Below are positions 9,001-18,226 of a stretch of DNA of 64,000 bases, one piece after another (the first letter of the stretch is position 1; each line of letters begins with the position of its first letter). Position numbers and translations under genes: made by a program. This DNA comes from an uncultured bacterium (GTDB lineage Bacteria; Actinomycetota; Acidimicrobiia; Spongiisociales; UBA5794), in contig CAWJPT010000001.1 of assembly GCA_963844835.1 (NCBI GenBank), positions 147,555-211,554 on the forward strand, read 5' to 3'. The notes beneath the pieces are model-generated. The model saw only the letters and a list, made by a program, of their open reading frames with translations, did not search any database and was not told the DNA's origin.

Positions 9001-9782
9001 GGCAGTTGCCGAGCCACCGATTGTGGTGGCGGGGGTGATCGACGTGAGAGAAATGCTGCCGGTAGCAGGGGCGGGGTTGACCGTCAGCGAAAGACCGGTC
9101 ACGATCCCGTCGGCATCACTTGCGGTAACCGCTGACGACGACCCTGTGCCTACATCAGTGATGATGTCGGCGCAGGAGACGGTCACCGCGGCGTTGCCGC
9201 TGAAGGTTTGTCCGGCGTTGACTGCACCGAATGTGCTCGGCTCGGGGCTGGCCCAGGTGAAATCCTCGTATTCGGTCCCGGTCCCGGTCAGCTGGAGCGA
9301 GTCACCGACCGGGGTACTCGAGGTTTCTGAAACCCCGATATCGGTGCTTGTAATGCCGTCAGCTGGACCGCCAACCGCAGTGAAAGTGCCCTCATACGAG
9401 AGGAACTGGACCACGTTGTTGGACGCATCGACGAGCGCGAATCCATCCGGGGCGCCGTTCTGGATGCCGTTGGCCGGATAGTTGACGACCGATGAATCCG
9501 AATCCGTTGGAGACTATCGGCGAGTGTGCCGGAGAGCGTTGTCGAGTCGTAGGGGGCGCCACCGCTCCCGTTGTAGAGCACGATGCTCCACCCGGCCAGG
9601 TCGGTCCCGGCGGGACCTGCGACCTCGACCGCCTCACCGGTATCGGTTCCGGCGTTGTCGTAGTGGATCTCGTTGATGAATACCGGTGTGCCCGGAGCGG
9701 CTAACGCCGCTGCGGCGCTGAGTGGTAGCAGCGCTGCCACCATGGCGAAGACCGAGAGTACGGTCCATAGCTTTCGTTTCAC
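6094..9782 (-). pseudogene. ExeM/NucH-like extracellular nuclease (LTD + EEP domains), multiply frameshifted
   Basis: GTG at 9782 is preceded by GGAGG. A signal peptide (WTVLSVFAMVAALLPLSAAAALA) is followed by an LTD-like segment (FINEIHYDNAGTDTGEAVEV). The C-terminal endonuclease/exonuclease/phosphatase motifs are GGDLNVYPD and GTSDHDP. The protein is spread over about 10 minus-strand ORF fragments, with frame changes near 9513, 8908, 7910, 7698, 7583, 7503, 7305, 6995/6968, 6802 and 6665. Confidence 0.8.
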
Positions 9783-9984
9783 ATTGCCTCCTTTAGAGGA
9801 CGCGCGGAGCAACGAGCGGGAGATAGATGGCTGAACATTGGTTCGGCTGGAAGTTGTCTTCCCCACCTCGTCGCACCCCTTCTGCGATTCAAACCGTAGA
9901 AAAGCCTAGCGATGGTCGCGTTCTTGTGGGGGCCCGCGAGGTGGCCGTGCTCATTGCAGGCATCTGGGGAGCGGAACGGCAGCT

Positions 9985-10389
9985 ATGCCGAGCGCTAGGG
10001 TCCTGGTCATGCCGATGCTGACACTCATTCTGATGACAATCGCTGCGGTGCTCCACATCGGGTTCTTCGTGATGGAGAGCCTCATGTGGCGTCGCCCCGC
10101 CGTGCACCGGCTATTCGGGGTCACCGATAGCGCCCAGGCCGGGTTGATGGCAAAGGCTCTCTACAACCAGGGCTTCTACAACCTGTTCCTGGGTCTCGGG
10201 GCGATCGTTGGTGTGGCTCTGAGCAGCGACATCGTGACCCGTCACCACAATGACCTGCTCATCTTCACCGCACTGTTCATGATCGGGGCGGCCCTGGTGC
10301 TCCTGATCTCGGATCGGCGCATGATCCGCGGCGCTCTGGTGCAAGGATTGCCACCGCTCCTGGCGCTCCTCGCAGCGATCATCCTCTAG
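9985..10389 (+). CDS. DUF1304-like small membrane protein
   Basis: Four hydrophobic segments and motif HIGFFVMESLMW ... YNQGFYNLFLGLG. The start may be an internal Met near 10009. Confidence 0.65.
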   Translation: MPSARVLVMPMLTLILMTIAAVLHIGFFVMESLMWRRPAVHRLFGVTDSAQAGLMAKALYNQGFYNLFLGLGAIVGVALSSDIVTRHHNDLLIFTALFMIGAALVLLISDRRMIRGALVQGLPPLLALLAAIIL

Positions 10390-10394
10390 CTTCT

Positions 10395-10432
10395 GGCGTC
10401 CAAACCGGCAACATGTTGCCTGTTTGGACGCC
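10395..10432. terminator. long perfect hairpin, bidirectional terminator
   Basis: GGCGTCCAAAC ... GTTTGGACGCC enclosing GGCAACATGTTGCC. Lies between convergent stops at 10389 (+) and 10444 (-). Confidence 0.7.
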
Positions 10433-10443
10433 AAGAACCGGTC

Positions 10444-13188
10444 TTAGGCCACGACGATGTTGACCAGATTGGGTGGGCGGGTGATGACTTTGCGAACTTC
10501 GCCCTGCTCCAGCCACGACTGGACTTTCTCGGCGGCGAGGGCTGCGGCGCGGGCCTCATCTTCGGTGATAGACGCCGACACCTCGATGCGATCCCGCACC
10601 TTGCCGTTCACCTGGACGACCATGGTTACGACGTCCTCTGCGGCAACATCGGGGTCGAACTCGGGCCACGGTTGCATGTGGATCGACTCGTCATGGCCCA
10701 GGTGATGCCACAACTCCTCGGTGACGTGGGGCGCAATCGGGGCCAGCAGCTTCAGCAGTGATTCCACGGCCTCGGTCCACACGGTCGCGGAGACGTCTGC
10801 GGTGCGCAGCGAGTCGAGCATGGCGTTGCGCAGGGTCATCAGCGCCGCCACGGCGGTGTTCCACTTGAACTCGACCATGTCGTCGCCGACCTTGGCGATG
10901 GTTTGATGTACCTTCCTCATCAGGTCGGTGTCGCTGCGCTCAGATACCGCGCCCGGCAAATAGTCGGTGGTCGCGATGCGCCACACATCCTCGATGAAGC
11001 GCCGCGATCCTGCGATGCCCCTGCTGTCCCACGGGCCGCCCTTCTGCCATTCGAAGGCGAACATGAGGTGCGTCCGCACTGTGTCTGCGCCGAATTGTTC
11101 GACAAGATCGTCTGGATTGACGACGTTGCCCTTCGACTTCGACATCCGTTGGATCTCGAGGTGATGCTTCAGTTGGGTGACGTCGTTGCTGCCCGGGATC
11201 GAGGGAATCTCGACCGTTGCTCCTGCTGGCACTTCAACGCCGACCAGGCCGCCATCGGTGGAGACTTGGAGCAGGTTCTCGGTTCGCCGCATCAGCTCTC
11301 CGACGACGGCTCCCGCATCGGCAGCTGCGTCCTCGACGACGGCAATCGAAGACGCGATCAGACGACCCTGGTCCCACGTTCCATTGATGACCAACCGGTC
11401 CCCGTGCCGCTCTGCGCCCAGCACCTGGCCTTGATTCCGCAGCATCAGGAAAGGCTCGTCGAATTGACCCTCCGGGTTGCGGCCGTGTGCCTGCATCGCA
11501 CGAGCGGTGTCGTCGAAGACCCCCATGTCCCGCATCGCCTTCACGAAGAACCTCGCATACAGCAGATGCATCACCGCGTGCTCGGCACCGCCCGTGTAGA
11601 CGTCGACCGGCAGCCAGTAGGCCGCCTCCTCGGGATCGAACGGCGCTGTGTCGAAATGAGGCGACAGGTACCGGAACCAATACCAGGATGAGCACATGAA
11701 GGTGTCCATCGTGTCGGTCTCGCGACGCGCCGGATTTCCGTCGGAGTCGACCGTGTTGACGAAGTCGGGCAGCTCGGCGAGTGGGCTGCGGCCTGAGAAT
11801 TCCACGTCTTCGGGCAGGATCACAGGCAGGTCCTCGACTGCCTCGATGGTGCCGTCCTGTCTGTGGATCATCGGAATCGGGGAGCCCCAGTACCGCTGCC
11901 GGGATATGAGCCAGTCACGTACCCGGTAGTTGATCGCCTCTTTGCCGGCGTCATGTTGCTCCAGCCAGTCGATGGCGGCGTCAACCGACGGGTTGGCCCT
12001 GCCCTTGCCCTCGGTGGTCGCGACCCCGTCGATGGGACCGCTGTTGACCATCACCCCGGGGCCTACGTACGCCTCTGTCATCGAAGGCTCGTCGAGTGGT
12101 TCCCGTCCCTCGGGACGGATCACCGGGACGATGTCGAGACCGAATTTGCGGGCAAACTCGAAGTCGCGCTCGTCGTGAGCAGGCACCGCCATGATGGCGC
12201 CGGTCCCGTATGAGACCAGGACGTAGTCGGCGATCCACACCGGGATACGCTCCTCGTTGACGGGGTTGATGGCATAGCCGCCCGTGAAGACACCGGTCTT
12301 GTCCCGACTCTCTTCCATGCGCTCCAGCTCGCTCTGGGCTGCAGCCATCTTCCGGTATTCCTCGACACGCTGGCGTTGCTCGTCGGTCGTCAGCGACTCG
12401 ACCAGGGGGTGCTCGGGTGCCAGCACCATGAAGGTGGCTCCCCAGAGCGTGTCGGGGCGGGTGGTGAAGACGACGATGTTGTCGCCGGCCTCCGTTTTGA
12501 ATGTCACCTCTGCGCCTTCGGAGCGGCCGATCCAGTTTGTCTGCATCATCCGGATGGAATCCGGCCAATCGATCGTGTCGAAGTCGAGCAACTCGTCTGC
12601 GTACCTGGTCAATGCGAAGAACCACTGCTCCATCATCTTCTGGGTGACCGGTTGCCCGGTGCGCTCATCCTTGCCGTCGATCACCTGTTCGTTGGCCAGC
12701 ACCGTCTGCAGCGTGTCCGACCAATTGACCATCGCCTCACCGCGGTATGCGATACCGGTCTCGAACATGCGCTTGAAGAACCACTCTGTCCACTTGTAGT
12801 ACTCCGGGTCGCAGCTGACCGCCTCTCTCTCCCAGTCGAACATGGCGCCCATGGAGCGCAACTGCTGACGCATCCTGGCGATGTTTTGGTATGTCCACTT
12901 GGCGGGGTGCACGTTGCGCTGGACTGCCGCGTTCTCAGCGGGAAGGCCAAAGGCATCGAAGCCGATGGGAAACAGGACGTTGTATCCCTTCATCCGCATC
13001 ACTCTGGCCCTGGCATCGGAAGGGGTCATCGCATACCAGTGGCCCATGTGAAGGTCACCGGATGGATAGGGGAGCATGGTCAGCGCGTAGTACTTCGGTC
13101 TTGACCAATCCACCGTGCTGCGGTAGATGCCTTCTTTTTCCCACGCCTGCTGCCAGCGCTTCTCGATGTCTTGATGTCGGTATTCCAT
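10444..13188 (-). CDS. leuS: leucine--tRNA ligase
   Basis: Class I motifs PYPSGDLHMGH (HIGH) and KMSKSKGN (KMSKS). Probable start MEYRHQDIEKRWQ at 13188, 20 codons inside the track ORF. Confidence 0.95.
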   Translation of the reverse strand: MEYRHQDIEKRWQQAWEKEGIYRSTVDWSRPKYYALTMLPYPSGDLHMGHWYAMTPSDARARVMRMKGYNVLFPIGFDAFGLPAENAAVQRNVHPAKWTYQNIARMRQQLRSMGAMFDWEREAVSCDPEYYKWTEWFFKRMFETGIAYRGEAMVNWSDTLQTVLANEQVIDGKDERTGQPVTQKMMEQWFFALTRYADELLDFDTIDWPDSIRMMQTNWIGRSEGAEVTFKTEAGDNIVVFTTRPDTLWGATFMVLAPEHPLVESLTTDEQRQRVEEYRKMAAAQSELERMEESRDKTGVFTGGYAINPVNEERIPVWIADYVLVSYGTGAIMAVPAHDERDFEFARKFGLDIVPVIRPEGREPLDEPSMTEAYVGPGVMVNSGPIDGVATTEGKGRANPSVDAAIDWLEQHDAGKEAINYRVRDWLISRQRYWGSPIPMIHRQDGTIEAVEDLPVILPEDVEFSGRSPLAELPDFVNTVDSDGNPARRETDTMDTFMCSSWYWFRYLSPHFDTAPFDPEEAAYWLPVDVYTGGAEHAVMHLLYARFFVKAMRDMGVFDDTARAMQAHGRNPEGQFDEPFLMLRNQGQVLGAERHGDRLVINGTWDQGRLIASSIAVVEDAAADAGAVVGELMRRTENLLQVSTDGGLVGVEVPAGATVEIPSIPGSNDVTQLKHHLEIQRMSKSKGNVVNPDDLVEQFGADTVRTHLMFAFEWQKGGPWDSRGIAGSRRFIEDVWRIATTDYLPGAVSERSDTDLMRKVHQTIAKVGDDMVEFKWNTAVAALMTLRNAMLDSLRTADVSATVWTEAVESLLKLLAPIAPHVTEELWHHLGHDESIHMQPWPEFDPDVAAEDVVTMVVQVNGKVRDRIEVSASITEDEARAAALAAEKVQSWLEQGEVRKVITRPPNLVNIVVA

Positions 13189-13289
13189 CTCTGCCTCGGG
13201 CCGAATGAGACGCCATGGTAGGCGCCTGTTGATTGGGCGACCATGCACCGCGATCGACGGCGTGCAAACACAGGTACGCTCTACGTTTC

Positions 13290-13724
13290 ATGTACGAATC
13301 AGCACCAGCAGACGAACTGCTACTCGCCACGGGCTTCGACCCCCGAGACCTCGCCGGGCTCATGCCACGGGTTGACGCTTCCCAGGTGAAGGTGAAGGTC
13401 GCCTCACCCCTGTTCCGCCGGTTCTGGGCGAAGGGAATTGCTGCAGTCTCGCTGCCGTTCGGCATCTATGTGCAGCCCGCGATCATGGAGCGCTTCCGCA
13501 CTGGGACCGACCCTGAGGGTTCCGGCCGGCTCATCGTCCACGAACTGATGCACCTCGAACAGTGGCGGAGACTGGGGGCGTTTCGCCATCTCACCCAATA
13601 TGGCGGTGACTATCTGCGGGGACGGTGGAAGCGGCTCGGGCATTGGGAGGCGTATCGCGCCATCCGGTTGGAAGTCGAAGCTCGTGAGGTCGCCGCCTCC
13701 GTTCCGCAAGGAAGGCCGCTGTGA
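13290..13724 (+). CDS. HExxH-motif protein (putative zinc metalloprotease-like, DUF4157-like)
   Basis: LIVHELMHLEQWRRLG motif. Start ATG 13290 chosen to clear the leuS start. Overlaps the next gene by 4 nt. Confidence 0.5.
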   Translation: MYESAPADELLLATGFDPRDLAGLMPRVDASQVKVKVASPLFRRFWAKGIAAVSLPFGIYVQPAIMERFRTGTDPEGSGRLIVHELMHLEQWRRLGAFRHLTQYGGDYLRGRWKRLGHWEAYRAIRLEVEAREVAASVPQGRPL

Positions 13725-14440
13725 ACGACCGATATCTCCCCGGGGCGGTGTGGACGTACCCAGACGCGATCGCGGTTTTCCTCGGCGGTCTGCTGGGGTC
13801 CGTATTTGCCCTGTCCTTCGCTTTTGCGATCAATGGGAGCCAAGATCTCTCTGATGTCGCCGTGCTCGGAGTCTCTTCCGTCGGCTCGGCCCTGGTGACG
13901 CTGTCCATCCTCGCCTACCTGTCTCGACGGCGCGGCTCGGGCTCATGGGACGTCGATTTCGGCCTTCGATTCGAGGCATCGGATGTCAAAGGGCTCGTAT
14001 ACGGGATTGGCCTGCAGATCGCGGTCGTCCTGGTGGTGCAGCTCCCGCTGTTGAAACTGCTCAATCTGGAGAATCCTCCTGAGCAGGGAGTCACCCAGAT
14101 TGCGGGGGAGGCGGCCACGCTTCCCGCCAAGCTCATGGTCTTTGCGGTCGTTGTCATAGTGGCACCGGTCACCGAGGAGCTGCTCTATCGAGGAGTGTTG
14201 CTCTCCCGGGTGCGGCGAGACTTCTCCCGAAACGCAGCGGTTGTGATCTCGGCGGCCGTGTTCGCAGGTATTCACCTGATCGATCCCAACGCGATCCTGG
14301 CGGTCCCGGGCCTGTTCGTGATTGGCCTCGTCCTCGGCTACATGGCGCTCAACACGAATCGAATCGGGTTGACGATCTTCACTCACGCAGGCGTCAATCT
14401 CCTCGCCGCGGTCGCCATCTTGGCGGGTCTCAACATCTGA
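13721..14440 (+). CDS. CPBP family intramembrane glutamic endopeptidase (CAAX protease-like)
   Basis: Multi-pass membrane protein with motifs APVTEELLYRG and FAGIHL. Confidence 0.8.
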   Translation: MNDRYLPGAVWTYPDAIAVFLGGLLGSVFALSFAFAINGSQDLSDVAVLGVSSVGSALVTLSILAYLSRRRGSGSWDVDFGLRFEASDVKGLVYGIGLQIAVVLVVQLPLLKLLNLENPPEQGVTQIAGEAATLPAKLMVFAVVVIVAPVTEELLYRGVLLSRVRRDFSRNAAVVISAAVFAGIHLIDPNAILAVPGLFVIGLVLGYMALNTNRIGLTIFTHAGVNLLAAVAILAGLNI

Positions 14441-14511
14441 CCCCCTTCACTCCTGTTCCGGTGCCTGCTATTTGTTGAGTTGCGCTGGGGCGACAACGGT
14501 GGTGGAACTGC

Positions 14512-15060
14512 ATGCCTGCCCGCAACCTGATCGCCGTTGCCATACTCGCCCTGGCGGCAATGCTCGGCTGGGCCTGGTACGGCCGTGCGTCTCCCGAGCC
14601 TGCCCCGGTCGTGCTCAACGCCAACGGCAGCGGAGCATCGACACCGGCGACGATCACCGTGCATGTCTCAGGGGAGGTGTTGGTTCCTGGGCTCGTCATC
14701 GTCGCCGAGGACGCCAGGCTGGCCGATGCGATAGCCGCTGCCGGCGGCACCACGCGCCGGGCCGCTCTCGATCGGGTGAATCTGGCGGCGCCGCTGCAAG
14801 ATGGTCAACAGGTGGTCATCCCGGCGGTCGATGACGTCGCCAACAGTACGGCAACTCCGGACGACGGAAAGGTGCACATAAACACCGCCACCGCTACCGA
14901 GATGGAGGAGCTGCCGGGCGTAGGGCCGGTGCTCGCCGAGCGGATACTCGCGTTCCGGGAAGAGAACGGCCTCTTCACCACGGTCGAGGACCTGCTCGAT
15001 GTGCCCGGTATCGGCGAAGCCAAGCTGGAGGCGTTGCGTGACTCGGTAGCGCTGCCCTGA
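14512..15060 (+). CDS. comEA: competence protein ComEA (DNA receptor, helix-hairpin-helix)
   Basis: N-terminal TM segment, SLBB-like middle region, C-terminal INTATATEMEELPGVGPVLAERILAFREENG ... LLDVPGIGEAKLEAL. Confidence 0.85.
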   Translation: MPARNLIAVAILALAAMLGWAWYGRASPEPAPVVLNANGSGASTPATITVHVSGEVLVPGLVIVAEDARLADAIAAAGGTTRRAALDRVNLAAPLQDGQQVVIPAVDDVANSTATPDDGKVHINTATATEMEELPGVGPVLAERILAFREENGLFTTVEDLLDVPGIGEAKLEALRDSVALP

Positions 15061-15113
15061 GCCGGCTCAACGGGCCGAAGGGGATAGGGCGTCCTGTCGT
15101 CGCTGCTGCGGCT

Positions 15114-17201
15114 GTGATGTGGGTGGGTGCCCTGCTCGGAGGCCTTGCCGGTATCGTCGCCATCGGTGGTGTCCTCGTCGGTTTGGGCCTGGTCGGCGTC
15201 TTGTTCGCCAAATCACGTCCGCTCATGCTGGTGGTCGTCATCGGGATCGGGATGATGTCGGGAGCCCTCGCGGAACAGCGCCGCGAGGCAACACTCACTG
15301 CCGGTTTGCCGCACGGGCGCGGTGTGCTCGTTGGTACAGCGGCATCCGACGCCACGCCGTACGGCGGTTCCTACCGGTTCGTGGTTCATCCCAGCGGGTG
15401 GGGAACCAGTACTGGCGGTCTCGAGGTTTGGAACGGCCCGGCCGTCGCGGTGATTACGGAAAGCCGGGAGATAGTCGCAGGCGACACGGTGTCGGTGAGG
15501 GGTTTGATTCGCCCCGATCCGGATCTGATACGCGGCGATCCGGTGGCAGGACGGATCACGACCAAGGCGGTGGTAATACAGCACGGTCCCGGATCGGTAA
15601 TCATGGTGGCGGGCAACGCCTTCCGTACGAGGGTGCAGTCAGAGATCGCGGTGCTCGGCAATACCGCCGAAGCGGCACTCCTGCAGGGCTTCCTCATCGG
15701 CGATATTGCCGGTCTCCCCGAACCGGACACCGACTCGCTGCGTCGGGCAGGCCTGACACATTTCGTTGCGGTCTCCGGCAGCAATGTTGCGCTCGTGCTC
15801 GGCGCCTGGTGGCTGGTGCTCGGTCCATTGGGAGCGGGCAACAGGGTGAGAGCAGCCACGGGCCTCCTTGTGCTCGCGATCTTCGTCGTGGCGACGCGGT
15901 GGGAGTCGTCGGTGATCAGGGCGGCAACGATGGCGTCGCTCGTGCTGGGAGGTCGCGCCGTCGGCTTTGTGATCGACCCCTGGGCCGCACTTGGCGGCGC
16001 GATTGCGTTGCTCCTCGCTGTTTCGGGAGATCTCGCCTACGACGTCGGGTTTCAGCTGTCTGCAGTAGCCACAGCAGGTGTGTTGCTCGGGGCGAGGCTG
16101 TGGTCCGACCACAAGCCCCGGATGGTGTGGGCACTACTCGCCGCCACCATGTCTGCTCAGATCGCGGTTGCCCCGATCGTCCTTCTCCATTTCGGCTCAG
16201 TCCCGCTGCTTGCTCCTTTGGCGAATTTGGTGGCGGCACCGCTGGTGACCGCGGCGACCGCAGGGGCGGGGATCGGGGTCATCACCGGCTGGACGCCGGC
16301 TCTGCATCTCGCAGGATGGGCGGCCGGGCTCGTCCTTCAAGTTGCCAGGGTGGTGGGCGAGTGGCCGCAGCTCGGAGTTGCCGCTGCCGCGGGACTGGCG
16401 GTCCTGGCGATTGCTAGCTGGCTGGCCAGGGTCCCATGGGTGACGCTGGCTGTCGTTGGCGTAATAGCTGTGGCAGCAGTGATGCCTTCGGGACCACCGC
16501 CTGTGCCGACCGCGATCTTCCTGGATGTCGGTCAGGGCGACGCGGTGCTGCTGCGTGACCCCAGCGGCGCCGTGGTGCTGATGGACGGGGGCAGGGACCC
16601 ATCGGTGCTCAGGGACGCACTACGAAGACACGGCATCACCCATATCGATCTGTTGGTGGCTTCGCACGGTGATGCCGATCATGTTGGTGGATTCGAGGGT
16701 TTGCTGGACAGGATGCCGGTGGGGCGGCTGTGGGTGCCGGAGTATGCCGTTCTCGGGGATCTGCTGGATGGGACACTCGCGGATGCCGGCAGGCTCGCCG
16801 TTCCGGTGCAGCACGTGGCTGCAGGAGATGGCGCAGGAATCGGGGAGCTCACACTCGAGGTGCTCAACCCGGTGCGCCGCTATGCCACCGACAATGATGG
16901 CTCCGTGGTGTTGTGGGTTGCAACCTCTAATCGGACTCTGCTGCTTCCCGGCGACGCGGGAGCTGTCGCACAGGCGAACCTGCCGCCTCTGGCGCCTGAT
17001 GTGATGTTGGTTCCTCACCACGGAGCGGCGACGACCGACCCGGGATGGCTAGCACAAACCGTTGGTGATACGGCCGTTATCAGCGTCGGTCCCAACACAT
17101 ATGGTCATCCGGCACCGGAGACGATGGCGGTCCTCGAGGCGCACCACACAACGGTGCTCATCACGCAGGAACTCGGTGATGTCGTCGTCGCCCTCGAGTG
17201 A
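15114..17201 (+). CDS. comEC: DNA internalization competence protein ComEC/Rec2
   Basis: Polytopic competence domain (GLTHFVAVSGSNV) plus C-terminal metallo-beta-lactamase fold (FLDVGQGDA ... ASHGDADHVGG ... VPHHG). Confidence 0.9.
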   Translation: MMWVGALLGGLAGIVAIGGVLVGLGLVGVLFAKSRPLMLVVVIGIGMMSGALAEQRREATLTAGLPHGRGVLVGTAASDATPYGGSYRFVVHPSGWGTSTGGLEVWNGPAVAVITESREIVAGDTVSVRGLIRPDPDLIRGDPVAGRITTKAVVIQHGPGSVIMVAGNAFRTRVQSEIAVLGNTAEAALLQGFLIGDIAGLPEPDTDSLRRAGLTHFVAVSGSNVALVLGAWWLVLGPLGAGNRVRAATGLLVLAIFVVATRWESSVIRAATMASLVLGGRAVGFVIDPWAALGGAIALLLAVSGDLAYDVGFQLSAVATAGVLLGARLWSDHKPRMVWALLAATMSAQIAVAPIVLLHFGSVPLLAPLANLVAAPLVTAATAGAGIGVITGWTPALHLAGWAAGLVLQVARVVGEWPQLGVAAAAGLAVLAIASWLARVPWVTLAVVGVIAVAAVMPSGPPPVPTAIFLDVGQGDAVLLRDPSGAVVLMDGGRDPSVLRDALRRHGITHIDLLVASHGDADHVGGFEGLLDRMPVGRLWVPEYAVLGDLLDGTLADAGRLAVPVQHVAAGDGAGIGELTLEVLNPVRRYATDNDGSVVLWVATSNRTLLLPGDAGAVAQANLPPLAPDVMLVPHHGAATTDPGWLAQTVGDTAVISVGPNTYGHPAPETMAVLEAHHTTVLITQELGDVVVALE

Positions 17202-18223
17202 TGAGCATGTCGGTGTCGCGGGCTACGCTCGTCGGTATGAAGCCACTCGTCGTAGTGTCCGGACCGCGTGACGCAGGCCCCGGGGAGCGAGAACAGATGA
17301 TGGAGCAGGCACATCGAGCCATCCGTCAGCTCGGCGTCGATTCGCCGACACGGATCGATGTGCCGGCAAAGGGGAGCGGAGGTGACGGCGAGGAGGGTGC
17401 GCTGCGCGGCCCCGTCCAGGAGATTGTCCCCGCATTGCAGAGTGGCTCCCTGTTCGGTGGCGCCGAGGGTGTGCTCGTCGTCGACGCCCAGGCGCTGCTC
17501 AAGACCGAAGCGGAGGTGATTGCCGAGTTGCTCGACATCTCCGCGGATCCCATCGCAGTATTCGTGGCGGTCGGATCGATCCCCGCCCCGCTGGGCACGC
17601 TGTTGCGCAAGAAGGCCGAGACGCTCTCGGTGAAGCGGATCAACGAGCGGTCGGCTGGGGAGTGGTTGGGAAGGGCGGCGCGGGACAGAGGTCTCAGGAT
17701 CGAATCCGATGCCGTTACCTTGTTGCTGCAGCGTTTCGGGACCAATGTTGCCGCGCTGGGTCAAGCTCTCGACCAGCTCGTCGTCGAAGGCCCGGACATC
17801 GACGCAGATCTGGTGCGAAACAGGTTCAAGAACCGCCCGGATGAGCCCATGTGGCACTACGTCGACTCGGTGGTGGCTGGCAACCAAGGGGACGCCCTCC
17901 GTCGTCTCGCCGACTTCCTCCAGCATGGCCACCCCCTGCAGCTCCTGGCGTTCCTGCAGAACGATGTGCGTCGTCGCTCCCTCGCTGCGGCCGCTCCCGA
18001 TTATGAGACGTTTCTGGAATGGGACGGAGGCAAGGTCGGATGGAGCATGGAGAAGGTGTGGAAGCAGCGCAGCAGGATCAAGGGGTCTGATCTGAAGCTG
18101 GCCGTGGGCGCTTTGGCTCGTGCCGACCTGCAACTCAAGACCGCCCCGGAGAGTACGCACCGGGTCACGATGGAACGCCTCACGGTTGCGATGTGCCGAT
18201 GGTACGGAGGCAGGCGGCGCTAG
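17198..18223 (+). CDS. holA: DNA polymerase III subunit delta
   Basis: 341-aa ORF overlapping the comEC stop (conserved comEC-holA order). Overall delta-subunit-like sequence. Assignment rests mainly on synteny and length. Confidence 0.75.
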   Translation: MMSMSVSRATLVGMKPLVVVSGPRDAGPGEREQMMEQAHRAIRQLGVDSPTRIDVPAKGSGGDGEEGALRGPVQEIVPALQSGSLFGGAEGVLVVDAQALLKTEAEVIAELLDISADPIAVFVAVGSIPAPLGTLLRKKAETLSVKRINERSAGEWLGRAARDRGLRIESDAVTLLLQRFGTNVAALGQALDQLVVEGPDIDADLVRNRFKNRPDEPMWHYVDSVVAGNQGDALRRLADFLQHGHPLQLLAFLQNDVRRRSLAAAAPDYETFLEWDGGKVGWSMEKVWKQRSRIKGSDLKLAVGALARADLQLKTAPESTHRVTMERLTVAMCRWYGGRRR

Positions 18224-18226
18224 CGC

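Noticed and set aside
13189-13289. T-box or other leader RNA upstream of leuS, and likewise 35712-35783 upstream of glyQS.
   Set aside because: The intergenic regions are too short (about 100 and 72 nt) and show no specifier-loop or T-box sequence.
15119-16417. 432-aa Arg-rich ORF overlapping comEC in another frame. Similar cases are 40834-41628 over rpoD, 17105-18160 antisense to holA, 20629-21624 antisense to lepA and 25751-26611 antisense to dnaJ.
   Set aside because: The overlapping frames encode well-conserved proteins, so these are alternative-frame artefacts of high GC content.
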